Below are positions 16,807 through 25,683 of a stretch of 43,787 bases of DNA, one piece after another (within the stretch, counting starts at the first letter, position 1; every line of letters starts with the position of its first letter). The stretch comes from a virus (Duplodnaviria > Caudoviricetes). The stretch spans positions 1 through 43,787 of the IMG/VR virus record IMGVR_UViG_3300049564_000005, one strand, 5' to 3'. The notes below the pieces were generated by a model. It was not told the origin of the DNA and did not search any database. It saw nothing but the letters and a program-made list of their open reading frames with translations. The translations under genes and the position numbers were made by a program.

Positions 16807-17072
16807 TGGCTCACGTTATCCCTCCCGCAGTTTGGGATGCTGCGATCACAGAAGCGCAGCGCACGATGAAAGAACGCACTGCGCTGATGTTCAAACGTAT
16901 CGACCAGATGCGATTGGACTTTGAAACGAGAAGGGCGATGCTGAAACGAGTCGGACCCAACAAGTATGTTGTCATGTCGAAAGACGGAAAGAAACGGCTG
17001 TCTAAACCGCTATCTCACGGCGCAGCTGTCAAACGTCTGGGACAAATCGAAGCTTACGCGGCGAAAGGATAA
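16806..17072 (+). CDS. Small basic phage protein
   Basis: KYVVMSKDGKKRLS...A.KRL.QIE pattern; possible internal start at 16938. Confidence 0.6.
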   Translation: MAHVIPPAVWDAAITEAQRTMKERTALMFKRIDQMRLDFETRRAMLKRVGPNKYVVMSKDGKKRLSKPLSHGAAVKRLGQIEAYAAKG

Positions 17073-17074
17073 CT

Positions 17075-17353
17075 ATGTTTCAGGACAAACACGGGAAAGA
17101 ACTGCATCAGGGCGACATCGTTGTTGACTCTCATGGGCACGTGTTCCAGTTGAAGGGCACTGGCGCATCGTTCAAGGGTCACGGCGTCGTTCGTGTCGCG
17201 TGGTCCAGCGAGCTGTCGCTGGTGCACAAAGCAGGTTCGCGTTCTATCATCTGGGGCAGCGACATTCAGGAAGCCCAGAAGACCATCGTGTGGGGCGGCA
17301 TCTCACCCGAGACGTCGGGCGCAGACGGCGATACGATCATGTGGGGCACCTAG
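17075..17353 (+). CDS. Small protein with KOW/YopX-like start and three I(I/V/M)WG repeats
   Basis: DKHGKELHQGDIV; SIIWG, TIVWG, TIMWG; AAGGA RBS. Confidence 0.7.
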   Translation: MFQDKHGKELHQGDIVVDSHGHVFQLKGTGASFKGHGVVRVAWSSELSLVHKAGSRSIIWGSDIQEAQKTIVWGGISPETSGADGDTIMWGT

Positions 17354-17399
17354 ACTAGATAGCAGCTGCGCCGTGAGATAGCGCTTTAAGGAGCAGAGT

Positions 17400-17612
17400 A
17401 TGATTGAACCGTTACCGGAACCGACGTTAGAGATACGCATCACGATGACGCAGTCGATGAAGCTCAGCGTTGTTTACCCGCCGGGTAACAAGGTACTGGC
17501 GCTGGGTATGCTGGAGTGCGCACGAGAAGCGATCATCGAGAACGAGAAACGCCTCCAAAGCGGCATCGTCGCACCGCCAGCCGATATGAATCTAGCGGGG
17601 TTACGCGCATGA
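17400..17612 (+). CDS. Hypothetical protein
   Basis: TAAGGAG RBS; ALGMLE.AR motif. Confidence 0.7.
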   Translation: MIEPLPEPTLEIRITMTQSMKLSVVYPPGNKVLALGMLECAREAIIENEKRLQSGIVAPPADMNLAGLRA

Positions 17613-18004
17613 TCACACGACGCAAGCTCATTCAAGTCGCCGTGTCGGTCTGTGTGACTGGCAAAGCTGTGCGTGTCAGCACGCAAGCGCCCAGCGTGCC
17701 CACTGGATTCAAGACGCTGCCTGACGTCGAACTTGACGCAATCAAGCATCACGTCACCGTCTGCACGCAGCTCAGCGAAGACGGGAGCAGCAGCATGAGC
17801 ACTGCAGACGCGAACGTCCCACGCGGCATGCTGCAGTGCGGGCAACGTGTCTTGATTCGTTGCGAGTATTCCAATCACCAGATCATCTTCGTCGGACGTG
17901 TGATCAGTCTGACTATTGGTCTGAACATTCCGAATGGCGTTGATCACGTGCACATGGTTGATGATGCGATGTGGGCAAAGCAGAGGCACTTGTGCCGCGC
18001 GTGA
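17609..18004 (+). CDS. Hypothetical protein with Tat-like N-terminus
   Basis: MITRRKLIQ; ATGA/GTGA coupling. Confidence 0.55.
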   Translation: MITRRKLIQVAVSVCVTGKAVRVSTQAPSVPTGFKTLPDVELDAIKHHVTVCTQLSEDGSSSMSTADANVPRGMLQCGQRVLIRCEYSNHQIIFVGRVISLTIGLNIPNGVDHVHMVDDAMWAKQRHLCRA

Positions 18005-18549
18005 AGGGGCCGTGGTTCCCCAGCTACGATAAACAGCACCTGACTGTGGACAAGAAAGTCATGGTGTGGGCTCCGGGCACGCAGAGTATTCGACAGCGCA
18101 AGAAGTACCTGCGGCAGCGATGCAAGCAAATCATCGACAGTCACGATGACTTAATCGTCATCGTCGGTGATCGTGTCATTCGCGCTGTGTGCGCTGAGCC
18201 CGATCCCGAGTTCTCTGCGCTGCACTTGTTCTGCGCTGCACTTGATGCGTCTGAAGAGACCGGTGAGTCATGGGTGACGTGCATGACTTACATAATGGAC
18301 AAATTTGAAAAGAAAGAACCATCGCATGTCCAAGCGCCAGAAGCGCCAAAAGGAAAAGTCCTTCATCGACTCCGCAGAATACTTCAAAGCTTTGTTCCGC
18401 GCCCGCTTCGTCAAGGCCATGAAGAAGCTGCAGAAAGAAGTGTCAATCAATCAGTTGGCACTGTCGATGCACAGCACGCGAACGTCAGCGGGTGTGATCA
18501 CGAACAAGCAGATCGTGGATGCGTTGACGCCGCTCAAGCAGGTGATTAA
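18001..18549 (+). CDS. Hypothetical protein; 3' part overlaps the next gene
   Basis: GTGA coupling; 224-bp overlap with 18326-18616. Confidence 0.45.
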   Translation: MKGPWFPSYDKQHLTVDKKVMVWAPGTQSIRQRKKYLRQRCKQIIDSHDDLIVIVGDRVIRAVCAEPDPEFSALHLFCAALDASEETGESWVTCMTYIMDKFEKKEPSHVQAPEAPKGKVLHRLRRILQSFVPRPLRQGHEEAAERSVNQSVGTVDAQHANVSGCDHEQADRGCVDAAQAGD

Positions 18550-18616
18550 GGACGCGTATCGCAAAGGCGGAAAGCTTGGCGCTGATCATGTGAAGGCGCT
18601 ACTCAAGAATGGCTAA
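18326..18616 (+). CDS. Basic helical protein resembling the N-terminal part of gp7/Mu F minor head proteins
   Basis: Ends DAYRKGGKLGA directly before the gp7 C-terminal half. Confidence 0.55.
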   Translation: MSKRQKRQKEKSFIDSAEYFKALFRARFVKAMKKLQKEVSINQLALSMHSTRTSAGVITNKQIVDALTPLKQVIKDAYRKGGKLGADHVKALLKNG

Positions 18617-19178
18617 GCACATAGACTTCAAGTTTGATGACACGGCAGAAGACGCCGCGAAGCATGCTGAAGAACTCGCCGCGCAGATGGTCAAAGACAT
18701 CAGCGCCGAGACTGAGCAAGCAATCAGAAATGCTGTCGCTGAAGCTATTCGTGAAGGTATCCCGCCCTACGATGCCGCACGCTTAATAGTTCCGCTCATC
18801 GGACTGACGTCGGCGCAAGCGCAAGCGGTGATGAAGTATCGCGAGAAGTTGATCGACAACGGACTAACGCTTGAGAAGGTCAACGAGAAAGTCGACCAAT
18901 ATGCCGACGACACGTTAGCACGTCGCGGCGATGCTATCGCACGCTCGGAGATACTTGACGCGCTGAACACAGCGCAAGAAGACGCGTGGGCGCAAGCACA
19001 AGACGCGGGCTTACTTAGCCCTGACGCTACGAAGATCGTCATACTCTCAGACAATCCGTGCCAGATCTGTCAAGACATCGAAGCCGAAGGTCCTGTTCCA
19101 ATTGACGAAGGGTTCTCCGAAGACGGTCCACCGTTTCATACAAACTGCGAATGCACAGAGGGTATCGATACACCGTGA
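18609..19178 (+). CDS. Head morphogenesis protein (SPP1 gp7/Mu gpF-like)
   Basis: IGLT, RRGDAIARSE, CQIC, GPPFHTNCEC. Confidence 0.85.
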   Translation: MAKHIDFKFDDTAEDAAKHAEELAAQMVKDISAETEQAIRNAVAEAIREGIPPYDAARLIVPLIGLTSAQAQAVMKYREKLIDNGLTLEKVNEKVDQYADDTLARRGDAIARSEILDALNTAQEDAWAQAQDAGLLSPDATKIVILSDNPCQICQDIEAEGPVPIDEGFSEDGPPFHTNCECTEGIDTP

Positions 19179-19348
19179 AAAAGATTGGTCGAAAGCCCAA
19201 GAAAAAGGAGGAACGATTAAGCGCCCTTGTCTCGTTCGCGTGCACAGAAGCTGAAGAACAGCAGATCTGTCGGGCTGCACGAGTCGAACGCAGTTCAGTC
19301 AGCGCTTATATACGTAAGCAGCTCAAAGACTTGCGAGTTTTGCTATAA
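19175..19348 (+). CDS. Ribbon-helix-helix-like DNA-binding protein
   Basis: GRKPK..ERLSALVSF..TEAE...I..AA....SVSAYIR; GTGA overlap. Confidence 0.65.
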   Translation: MKKIGRKPKKKEERLSALVSFACTEAEEQQICRAARVERSSVSAYIRKQLKDLRVLL

Positions 19349-19395
19349 GAAATAATCGAAAAAGCAGCTCTTCACTTACTCTCTAGGAGAATCAC

Positions 19396-20223
19396 ATGGC
19401 CCAGCTTGCACCTGTCGTTGACGCGCTTGAAGCGGTTGCAGAACCGTTGCGTCAGTTCTACGTTCCGAAAGACGGAAAGTTCGCGCTTGACCTTGGCGGA
19501 ACGCCCGCTGGTTTCGTCCCCGCTGCTGACTTAGCGCTGGCAAACACGCGTCTGGTGGAGTTCAGGGACAACAACATCACGCTGAAGAAGACCGTTGACG
19601 AGTTGACGCCGCTCAAGACAGCGTTCGACGGCATCGATCCCGCAGCTGCACGAGCTGCACTCGCCGCGCAGGAAGAGCTGAAGAAGAAGGGCATCACCAA
19701 GCCCGACGACGTCACAGCGATGCGCGAAGCGATTCTCAACGATGTCAAGACCACGCTGGTTAAGCCGCTGCAAGATCAGCTGCTCACGATCACGACGACA
19801 GCGCAAGAGACACAGAAAGCGAACGATGCGCTGACGTTGCGTCAGTTCATCGGCGAGAAGTTCGGCAAAGCCGGCGGCGAACCGAACGCGCTGAACTTCA
19901 TCGTATCGCAAGCGCAGGGCGTGTTCAAAGTCGTCGGCGGCAAAGTTGTCGCAGAGGCAGCGATGTTCAGCACTGATCGTCCGGGCGAGCCGCTGAGCGT
20001 TGATGAGTGGCTGACGCAGCAGACGAAGAGCAACGCATTTGCGTTCAAGGCGTCAAGCGGCAGCGGCGCTAATCCGACGCCGGGTGGCGCGGGCGGCGGG
20101 GGCAATCGTCCCGCCGGACAATTGATTCTGAAGGACCCGACGCCGCAGCAGTTGGGCACGCATGCTGCCGACATCAAGGCGGGCAAGATGCGCGTCGAAT
20201 ATACGGACCCGGTTCCGAAGTAA
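19396..20223 (+). CDS. Capsid scaffolding protein
   Basis: Position before the capsid gene; LRQFY..KDGKF.LD, EFRDNN, coiled coil, F..SSGSGA Gly-rich tail. Confidence 0.85.
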   Translation: MAQLAPVVDALEAVAEPLRQFYVPKDGKFALDLGGTPAGFVPAADLALANTRLVEFRDNNITLKKTVDELTPLKTAFDGIDPAAARAALAAQEELKKKGITKPDDVTAMREAILNDVKTTLVKPLQDQLLTITTTAQETQKANDALTLRQFIGEKFGKAGGEPNALNFIVSQAQGVFKVVGGKVVAEAAMFSTDRPGEPLSVDEWLTQQTKSNAFAFKASSGSGANPTPGGAGGGGNRPAGQLILKDPTPQQLGTHAADIKAGKMRVEYTDPVPK

Positions 20224-20238
20224 CGATCTACAGCTTGT

Positions 20239-20376
20239 TGCGTCGCCAGCTCGGGGAGTTGGCGACGCAGTCTCAGAGAGACAGCTTTAGAGTAATACCC
20301 GCAACAGAGAAGCGCAGTCGGTGATTGCGCTTCTGGCACACCCCGGTGGGGACCGTGCCCGACTTCGGTGAAGTCG
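20239..20376 (+). promoter_or_regulatory. Array of triloop hairpins in the capsid gene leader
   Basis: Four stems capped by C(GGG)G or C(GGT)G plus a C(AGA)G mini-hairpin; G-U pairs on the + strand. Confidence 0.7.
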
Positions 20377-20417
20377 CTTGGTGACAAACAATACTTGTTT
20401 CCAAGGAGAGTTCACAG

Positions 20418-21566
20418 ATGGCCGGAGCAATGGTAACCACGAACATCCTCGCCACAGCAGTGGCGATGGGTCTTAGCACACTGCGCGAACGTCTCGCGCT
20501 TGTGCTCATCGCCAACCGCAATTACGAGCAGGAAATCACTGGCGCGAAGAAGAACGCGACCGTGAACGTTGCCGTGCCCGCTGCGGTCGGCACGCGAGCT
20601 GTCACGCCCGACGTCGTGCCGCCCGCGGTCAGCGCGACGACGCCCACCAGCGTCCCCGTCACGCTCGACCAGTGGCAAGAAGCGCCGTTTGCGATGGACG
20701 ACAAGGGGCTGGTGCAGGTCGACAACAACATCCTGCCGATGCAGGCGAACGAAGCGGTGAAGGCGCTGGCGAACTTCATCGAAGACAACCTCTGGACGAA
20801 GATCACGGCGGGCGTGTTCGCGTTCGCAGGCACTGGCGGTGTGACGCCCTTCGCGACCGACCTGACAGCGTACCTCGATGCTCGAAAGCTTGGGAACAAG
20901 AACTTGATGGACTTGGACCCGCGCTATGTCGTGCTCGACACGGACGCTGAAGCGAACGCCCTCGGGCTTCGTGCGTTTCAGGATGCTTCGTTCGGTGGTG
21001 GCGACGGCGTCATCATGAACGGACAGATCGGGCGCAAGCTCGGTGCAACGTGGATGATGTCGCAGCGCGTTCCGACCCACACGGGCGGCACGCTGACGGG
21101 CAGCGGCACGACTGTCACCGGTGTCAACGCAATCGGTGCAACAACGATTGCACTGTCGGGCGGCGCGTCTGGCACGTTGCTTGCTGGTGATATCATCCAG
21201 TTCGGTGCAACGTCGAAGTTTACCTACAACGTGGTCTCCAGCGTCGGCGGCAGCACGCCGTCCAGCGTCACGATCACGCCCGGTCTCTTCGCTGCGACTG
21301 CGGGCGCTGAAGTCGTGATCAACAAGGGCACGTTCGTCCAGAACTTGCTCATTCACCGCGACTGTCAGACGTTCGCGATGGCGCCCCTGCTCGAAACGGT
21401 GCAGGTGCCCGGCGCGACTCTGCAGGCGACTGCGATTGACGAGATCTCCGGGCTGTCGCTGCGCTTGGAAGTTTCGCGTCAATACAAGCAGTACCAGTGG
21501 TCGTTCGACGCTCTGTGGGGCAGCAAGGTCATCCGCGCCAACGCGGGTGTCTACATCGCCGGATAA
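20418..21566 (+). CDS. Major capsid protein (HK97 fold, P22 gp5-like with insertion domain)
   Basis: 382 aa, AAGGAG RBS, NRNYE..I, TVNV.VP, GQIGRKLG, LLAGDII insertion, HRD..FAM.PL, FDALWG. Confidence 0.9.
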   Translation: MAGAMVTTNILATAVAMGLSTLRERLALVLIANRNYEQEITGAKKNATVNVAVPAAVGTRAVTPDVVPPAVSATTPTSVPVTLDQWQEAPFAMDDKGLVQVDNNILPMQANEAVKALANFIEDNLWTKITAGVFAFAGTGGVTPFATDLTAYLDARKLGNKNLMDLDPRYVVLDTDAEANALGLRAFQDASFGGGDGVIMNGQIGRKLGATWMMSQRVPTHTGGTLTGSGTTVTGVNAIGATTIALSGGASGTLLAGDIIQFGATSKFTYNVVSSVGGSTPSSVTITPGLFAATAGAEVVINKGTFVQNLLIHRDCQTFAMAPLLETVQVPGATLQATAIDEISGLSLRLEVSRQYKQYQWSFDALWGSKVIRANAGVYIAG

Positions 21567-21587
21567 CACCACAAACAACGGCTGGGA

Positions 21588-21615
21588 GGGCGGCGCTTAA
21601 TTCTGAGCGCCGCCC
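21588..21615 (+). terminator. GC-rich hairpin after the capsid gene (attenuator or stabiliser)
   Basis: GGGCGGCGCTTA-attc-TGAGCGCCGCCC; no clear U-tract. Confidence 0.5.
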
Positions 21616-21647
21616 CGACATTCCTACGCGATGTAAGGAGACCGTTC

Positions 21648-22124
21648 ATGGCAGACATTCGCAATTACCCGGAAGGCCGGGGCGCGGTAGTCGAACGTTA
21701 CATCAAGGACGTCTTCGTCCAGTTCGGCTTCGCCAAAGCAATCAGAACACGCTTCACCCTCGCACAGCTCAACGCAGGTCAGACGCTGCTTCCAGCACTG
21801 CCCGGCGTGAAGTGGAGCTTGCTGTGGGCACAGTTCATCGCCGTCGGTGGCGCTGCGACTGCTGCCACGTCGGTCAACATCGCTGCGACTCAAGCAGCGT
21901 CAGCAGTCCAGCTCTGGGTAGTCACGATTGCAGCGCTGACGCGCAGCGCTGTCGTTCAGACGGGCGTGACGCCCGCTGCGGGCTCACAGACGCTGCTTGC
22001 TGACGGTGCGTCGTTCGCACCGAACGACAGCAATACAGCAGTCACGCTTGCGAACGTCGGGTCGGCAATGACGACGCTGACGAACATCGACGTGACGTAT
22101 GAATACGTCGCCATCGCTGGGTAA
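21648..22124 (+). CDS. Putative capsid decoration/virion protein
   Basis: TAAGGAG RBS; A/T/V-rich beta composition; follows the capsid gene. Confidence 0.6.
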   Translation: MADIRNYPEGRGAVVERYIKDVFVQFGFAKAIRTRFTLAQLNAGQTLLPALPGVKWSLLWAQFIAVGGAATAATSVNIAATQAASAVQLWVVTIAALTRSAVVQTGVTPAAGSQTLLADGASFAPNDSNTAVTLANVGSAMTTLTNIDVTYEYVAIAG

Positions 22125-22132
22125 TAACGAAC

Positions 22133-22660
22133 ATGGCTGCTGATGCGCTCATCACCACGCCGGGTGCAGCAAACGCGAACGCCTATTGTGACGTCGCGTT
22201 TGCTGACCAATATCACGCGAACCGACCTCCAGTCGGTGTAACGTGGGCGTCGGCGAGCACGGATCAGAAGAACGCTGCCATTCTGTGGGCGACGATCTTG
22301 ATGGATCGTCTCTGGCACTGGAACGGCTACGTTGTCGATACGACACAGATACTCCTGTGGCCACGGCAAAACATGCTGGAGCCAAATCAGCTTCAGTTTG
22401 TGCCGATCACAGAGATACCGATTCAGTTGAAGCAAGCGACTGCAGAGTATGCACGGCAGCTGCTCGTTGCGGACCTTGCTGGCAACAGCGACATCGAGAC
22501 ACTTGGGATCACGCAGTTCAAAGCGGGTCCTGTCGCGTTCAGCTTCAAGAACGATGTTGTGGCGAAAGCTGTCCCTGATACGGTTTACAACTTGATCCCG
22601 CCTGACTGGGGTTATGTGCGGGGACGCAGCACCGGTGTGCGCAATCTTCAGAGGGCTTAA
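22133..22660 (+). CDS. Head-tail adaptor (DnaT-like phage family)
   Basis: ANANAY...ADQYH, W...AILWAT, QILLWPR, IPIQLKQATAEYA. Confidence 0.8.
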   Translation: MAADALITTPGAANANAYCDVAFADQYHANRPPVGVTWASASTDQKNAAILWATILMDRLWHWNGYVVDTTQILLWPRQNMLEPNQLQFVPITEIPIQLKQATAEYARQLLVADLAGNSDIETLGITQFKAGPVAFSFKNDVVAKAVPDTVYNLIPPDWGYVRGRSTGVRNLQRA

Positions 22661-23104
22661 ATGAGTCTGATCAGATCGTCAATCGGTCGACGCACGAGCG
22701 ACGGCACAGCTGCAGCAGCTGCGCTTGAAATCATCGCTGGCAGCCGTGGTGCTATTGTTCGTGACATCACCGTTTCACTGGCAGCTGCAACGGCGTCAAT
22801 CTACGGGTTGGGACGTCCAGCTGCAAAAGGTCAAACGCCGACATCGCCAGTGACGTCACTGGTAGAGGGTAGTATTGATCCTTCGAACGTCGCACTTCAG
22901 ACCGCGATTGCATGGGCGGTCGGTCCGACAGTTCCTGCGAACTTCTTTCGACGTATCGGGTTCCCGGCGACTATCGGGTCCACCATCGTGTGGACATTCG
23001 GTCAAGGGCTGTTCATCCCGTCTGGCACAACTGTTGTGCTGTGGAACATCGGCACGAATGGCGTTGCTGACGTCACGATTACTGCCGACGAACCGGGAAT
23101 CTGA
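22661..23104 (+). CDS. Putative virion structural protein
   Basis: Beta-rich ORF inside the connector cluster. Confidence 0.55.
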   Translation: MSLIRSSIGRRTSDGTAAAAALEIIAGSRGAIVRDITVSLAAATASIYGLGRPAAKGQTPTSPVTSLVEGSIDPSNVALQTAIAWAVGPTVPANFFRRIGFPATIGSTIVWTFGQGLFIPSGTTVVLWNIGTNGVADVTITADEPGI

Positions 23105-23457
23105 TGTCTCTGATTGGTCAGCTTGTCGCGCTCGGGAATCAACTCACGCAGTCGCTTGGCGCAGCGGCGACTGTGACATACATCGCTGCAGCGACGACTG
23201 ACGGCGCTGGGAAAGAGATTGCTCCGAGTGTGCCAAGACAGCGTCCAGCGATTGTGAACAAGTCGCAGAAAGTCATCAAGACGGCATCTGGCGAACTCGT
23301 CATGAGTACCGCATATGTTGCCTTTCTTGATCCCGCGCCCGTCAGTGAGTATGACAAGATCATCTTACCTGACGGGAGCACAGGGCCGATCTTGCAAGTA
23401 ACCGCGTTCTTTGACGGGAGTAACGGGCCGATACTATCGGAAGTATATCTTGGGTAA
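23104..23457 (+). CDS. Head closure protein
   Basis: Size and position; GELVMSTA, DKIILPDG. Confidence 0.7.
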   Translation: MSLIGQLVALGNQLTQSLGAAATVTYIAAATTDGAGKEIAPSVPRQRPAIVNKSQKVIKTASGELVMSTAYVAFLDPAPVSEYDKIILPDGSTGPILQVTAFFDGSNGPILSEVYLG

Positions 23458-23842
23458 ATGGTCGACGTTCACTGGGTGCGATGCGGCGATTGCAGATATC
23501 AAAAAGCTTCGCTTGTTTTCGCCAGACCAGTTCGCTGTCGCACTGTACCAAGAGGGCCAAATCGAGCTGACAGAAGTAAAGAAGCGCACGCCAGTTGACA
23601 CAGGTGCGCTGCGTGCGAGTGAACGCATAGAGGGGCCAATACGTGAAGGACGCCGTATCTACATTTACATCGTTGCTGGTGGGCCCTCGGTAGAATACGC
23701 GTTTGCTGTGCACGAAGACTTAGAAGCGTTTCACAAGATTGGAGAAGCGAAATACATTGAACGTCCGCTAAACGAAAGCGCTCCTTACATGAGTGATCGC
23801 ATCGCGAAACGGATTGACCTCAATGCAGCGCTGAAACGGTAA
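23411..23842 (+). CDS. HK97 gp10-like tail completion protein
   Basis: RTPVDTGALRAS, YA..VHE, GEAKYIERP; true start possibly TTG near 23450. Confidence 0.85.
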   Translation: MTGVTGRYYRKYILGKWSTFTGCDAAIADIKKLRLFSPDQFAVALYQEGQIELTEVKKRTPVDTGALRASERIEGPIREGRRIYIYIVAGGPSVEYAFAVHEDLEAFHKIGEAKYIERPLNESAPYMSDRIAKRIDLNAALKR

Positions 23843-24300
23843 TGCCAGCTCCGTCGTCAACGTTCAGCGTCGATCTGATCTACTTGTTGCAGCATCCGAC
23901 GCAGTTTGATCCGACAGTAACACTTGGACTGACGTATGGTACAAACTTGTTCAAGGGTCAAAAAGCAAGATTGCCAGACGGGCCGGGGCCGTTTGTTACT
24001 ATCTATCGGACTGGTGGTCATGGTGCTGAAGGTACCCACAACAGTGTCGATGAGCCCGCGTATGAGCAGCCTAGTGGTCAGCTCGTTGTGCGTGGCGATG
24101 ATTACGACGTCGTTGAAACGAAGATGCTGGCAATACACGCGTTCATGTGGCCACTGCAGAACGTGTTCATCAACGGCACGTGGTGGCGTGAACTGAACGT
24201 GGATTCTGAGCCGTTCGATTTACCGCTTGACGAAAAGGGACGCGTTCGGCAAGCGTTTAACATCAGCAGTGTCAAACGCGTGTCACCGTCAAATAGCTAA
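23842..24300 (+). CDS. Tail terminator (minor capsid-type)
   Basis: LPDGP, TGG, P..Q..VRG..Y, DEKGR...FN. Confidence 0.75.
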   Translation: MPAPSSTFSVDLIYLLQHPTQFDPTVTLGLTYGTNLFKGQKARLPDGPGPFVTIYRTGGHGAEGTHNSVDEPAYEQPSGQLVVRGDDYDVVETKMLAIHAFMWPLQNVFINGTWWRELNVDSEPFDLPLDEKGRVRQAFNISSVKRVSPSNS

Positions 24301-24314
24301 AAGGAGATTCTGAA

Positions 24315-24815
24315 ATGGCCGCTACCGTCGCATCCAAGCTCAATCTGTCGTTCACGTCACTGCTGCAGAATGCCATCGGTTTGGCAGCAGCGCAGGCGAG
24401 CATCGAAAAATCCCTGATTGTCTCCCTCGCCACGGGCACGGGTGCCAATCAGGCAGATCGCATCTTCTCAGAAGCTGCGAAGACGATTTCTGTATCGACC
24501 GATATCGACTTGTCTGGCGCACTAGTTGACGCGTTGGGCGCCGCGTGCGTCTTCGTTCGTGTCAAGGCGCTGCTGGTCACGGTTGACGCAGCAAGCGTCA
24601 GCAACCTTGTCGTCGGCGGCGACGCCAACGCAGCGCTCATCGGATTCGGTGCTGTCGCGCACACGGTCACCATTCGCCCCGGTGGCGCGCTGCTCATCTA
24701 CTCGCCCGATGCGACCGGTTACCCGATCACTCCCGGCACGGGCGACATTCTGCAGTTCGCTCCCAGCGGCGCTTCCGCGCTGTTCGATTACGCGGTTCTG
24801 GGCTGCAGCGTCTAA
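24315..24815 (+). CDS. Putative virion structural protein
   Basis: AAGGAG RBS; GTGANQAD, IDLSGALVDALG, IRPGG. Confidence 0.65.
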   Translation: MAATVASKLNLSFTSLLQNAIGLAAAQASIEKSLIVSLATGTGANQADRIFSEAAKTISVSTDIDLSGALVDALGAACVFVRVKALLVTVDAASVSNLVVGGDANAALIGFGAVAHTVTIRPGGALLIYSPDATGYPITPGTGDILQFAPSGASALFDYAVLGCSV

Positions 24816-24852
24816 CCCGGGGCCCACAACCTTTCAATAGGAGAACCGTGTC

Positions 24853-25266
24853 ATGTCGAATGCAGTCACATCAACTGGGATCCTCGTCAAGCGTTCGCCC
24901 GGCGCGAACACCACGTCTTTCGTGACGATTGCGGAGATCACCGAAGTGGGTCCCGGCGGGATGTCGCGCAACAAGATCGAAACGTCAACACACAACGACG
25001 GGACGGAGTCGCACGTGCTCGGCATTCTGCGGCAGGATGATCCGACGCTCAAGATCAACTTCTTGGGCAACGACTCGTCCCACATCAATCTGCTGAACGA
25101 CATCGCGAACAACGTCAAGAACTCGTTCCAGATCCTGTTCCCGTCTGGCAAGATCCGGCAGGGAAACGCTTACGTCCAACAGTTCAAGTTCGATGATGCG
25201 CCCGTCGATGGCAAGCAGGGCGCGACACTCGCACTGACGTGGGCGGGCATCGTCGCAGAGTCGTAA
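24853..25266 (+). CDS. Tail tube (major tail) protein
   Basis: TIAEITEVGP..MSR..IETSTH, GI, F.I.FP, AYV. Confidence 0.85.
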   Translation: MSNAVTSTGILVKRSPGANTTSFVTIAEITEVGPGGMSRNKIETSTHNDGTESHVLGILRQDDPTLKINFLGNDSSHINLLNDIANNVKNSFQILFPSGKIRQGNAYVQQFKFDDAPVDGKQGATLALTWAGIVAES

Positions 25267-25293
25267 ACAACCGTAGCAGACAAGGAGAAGTCA

Positions 25294-25683
25294 ATGTCCC
25301 AGCCATTGACTTCCGCATCCCAAATTCTCGATGCGGAAGATCTCACGCACGAAGACATCACCATCCCCGAGTGGGGCGATCTTGAAGCACGTATTGCGCA
25401 GCTGAACGCTGAAGAAACGCAGGCGTTCACACGTGACATGTCAGCGCAGCCCGCAGGCGATAACAACGGGATGTACCTGATTCTGATTCATGCACTGCGC
25501 ACACGTCAGCACGAACGCGTGCTGGACATGTCCCACATCGACGGTCTCAAGAAAAAGAACATCAACGTCCTGAATCGCCTGCAACAGATCGCGTTGCGCG
25601 TGAACGGCATGGGCGAAATTGGAAGAGAGGCCCTAAAAAAGGACTTGAGCGGGGCGCCGACAGGCGTTTCCGCTACAAGCTAG
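25294..25683 (+). CDS. Tail assembly chaperone (gpG-like)
   Basis: IL.AEDL..E.I.IPEWG; lies between the tail tube and tape measure genes. Confidence 0.85.
   Translation: MSQPLTSASQILDAEDLTHEDITIPEWGDLEARIAQLNAEETQAFTRDMSAQPAGDNNGMYLILIHALRTRQHERVLDMSHIDGLKKKNINVLNRLQQIALRVNGMGEIGREALKKDLSGAPTGVSATS

Noticed and set aside
20239-20376. Capsid-leader hairpins as a tRNA or mini-CRISPR
   Set aside because: No T-loop/D-loop consensus or acceptor stem; the stems differ in sequence, so they are not direct repeats.
20412-21578. 388-aa antisense ORF over the capsid gene and similar long antisense ORFs
   Set aside because: Expected from strong codon bias in GC-rich genes; no RBS or protein motifs.
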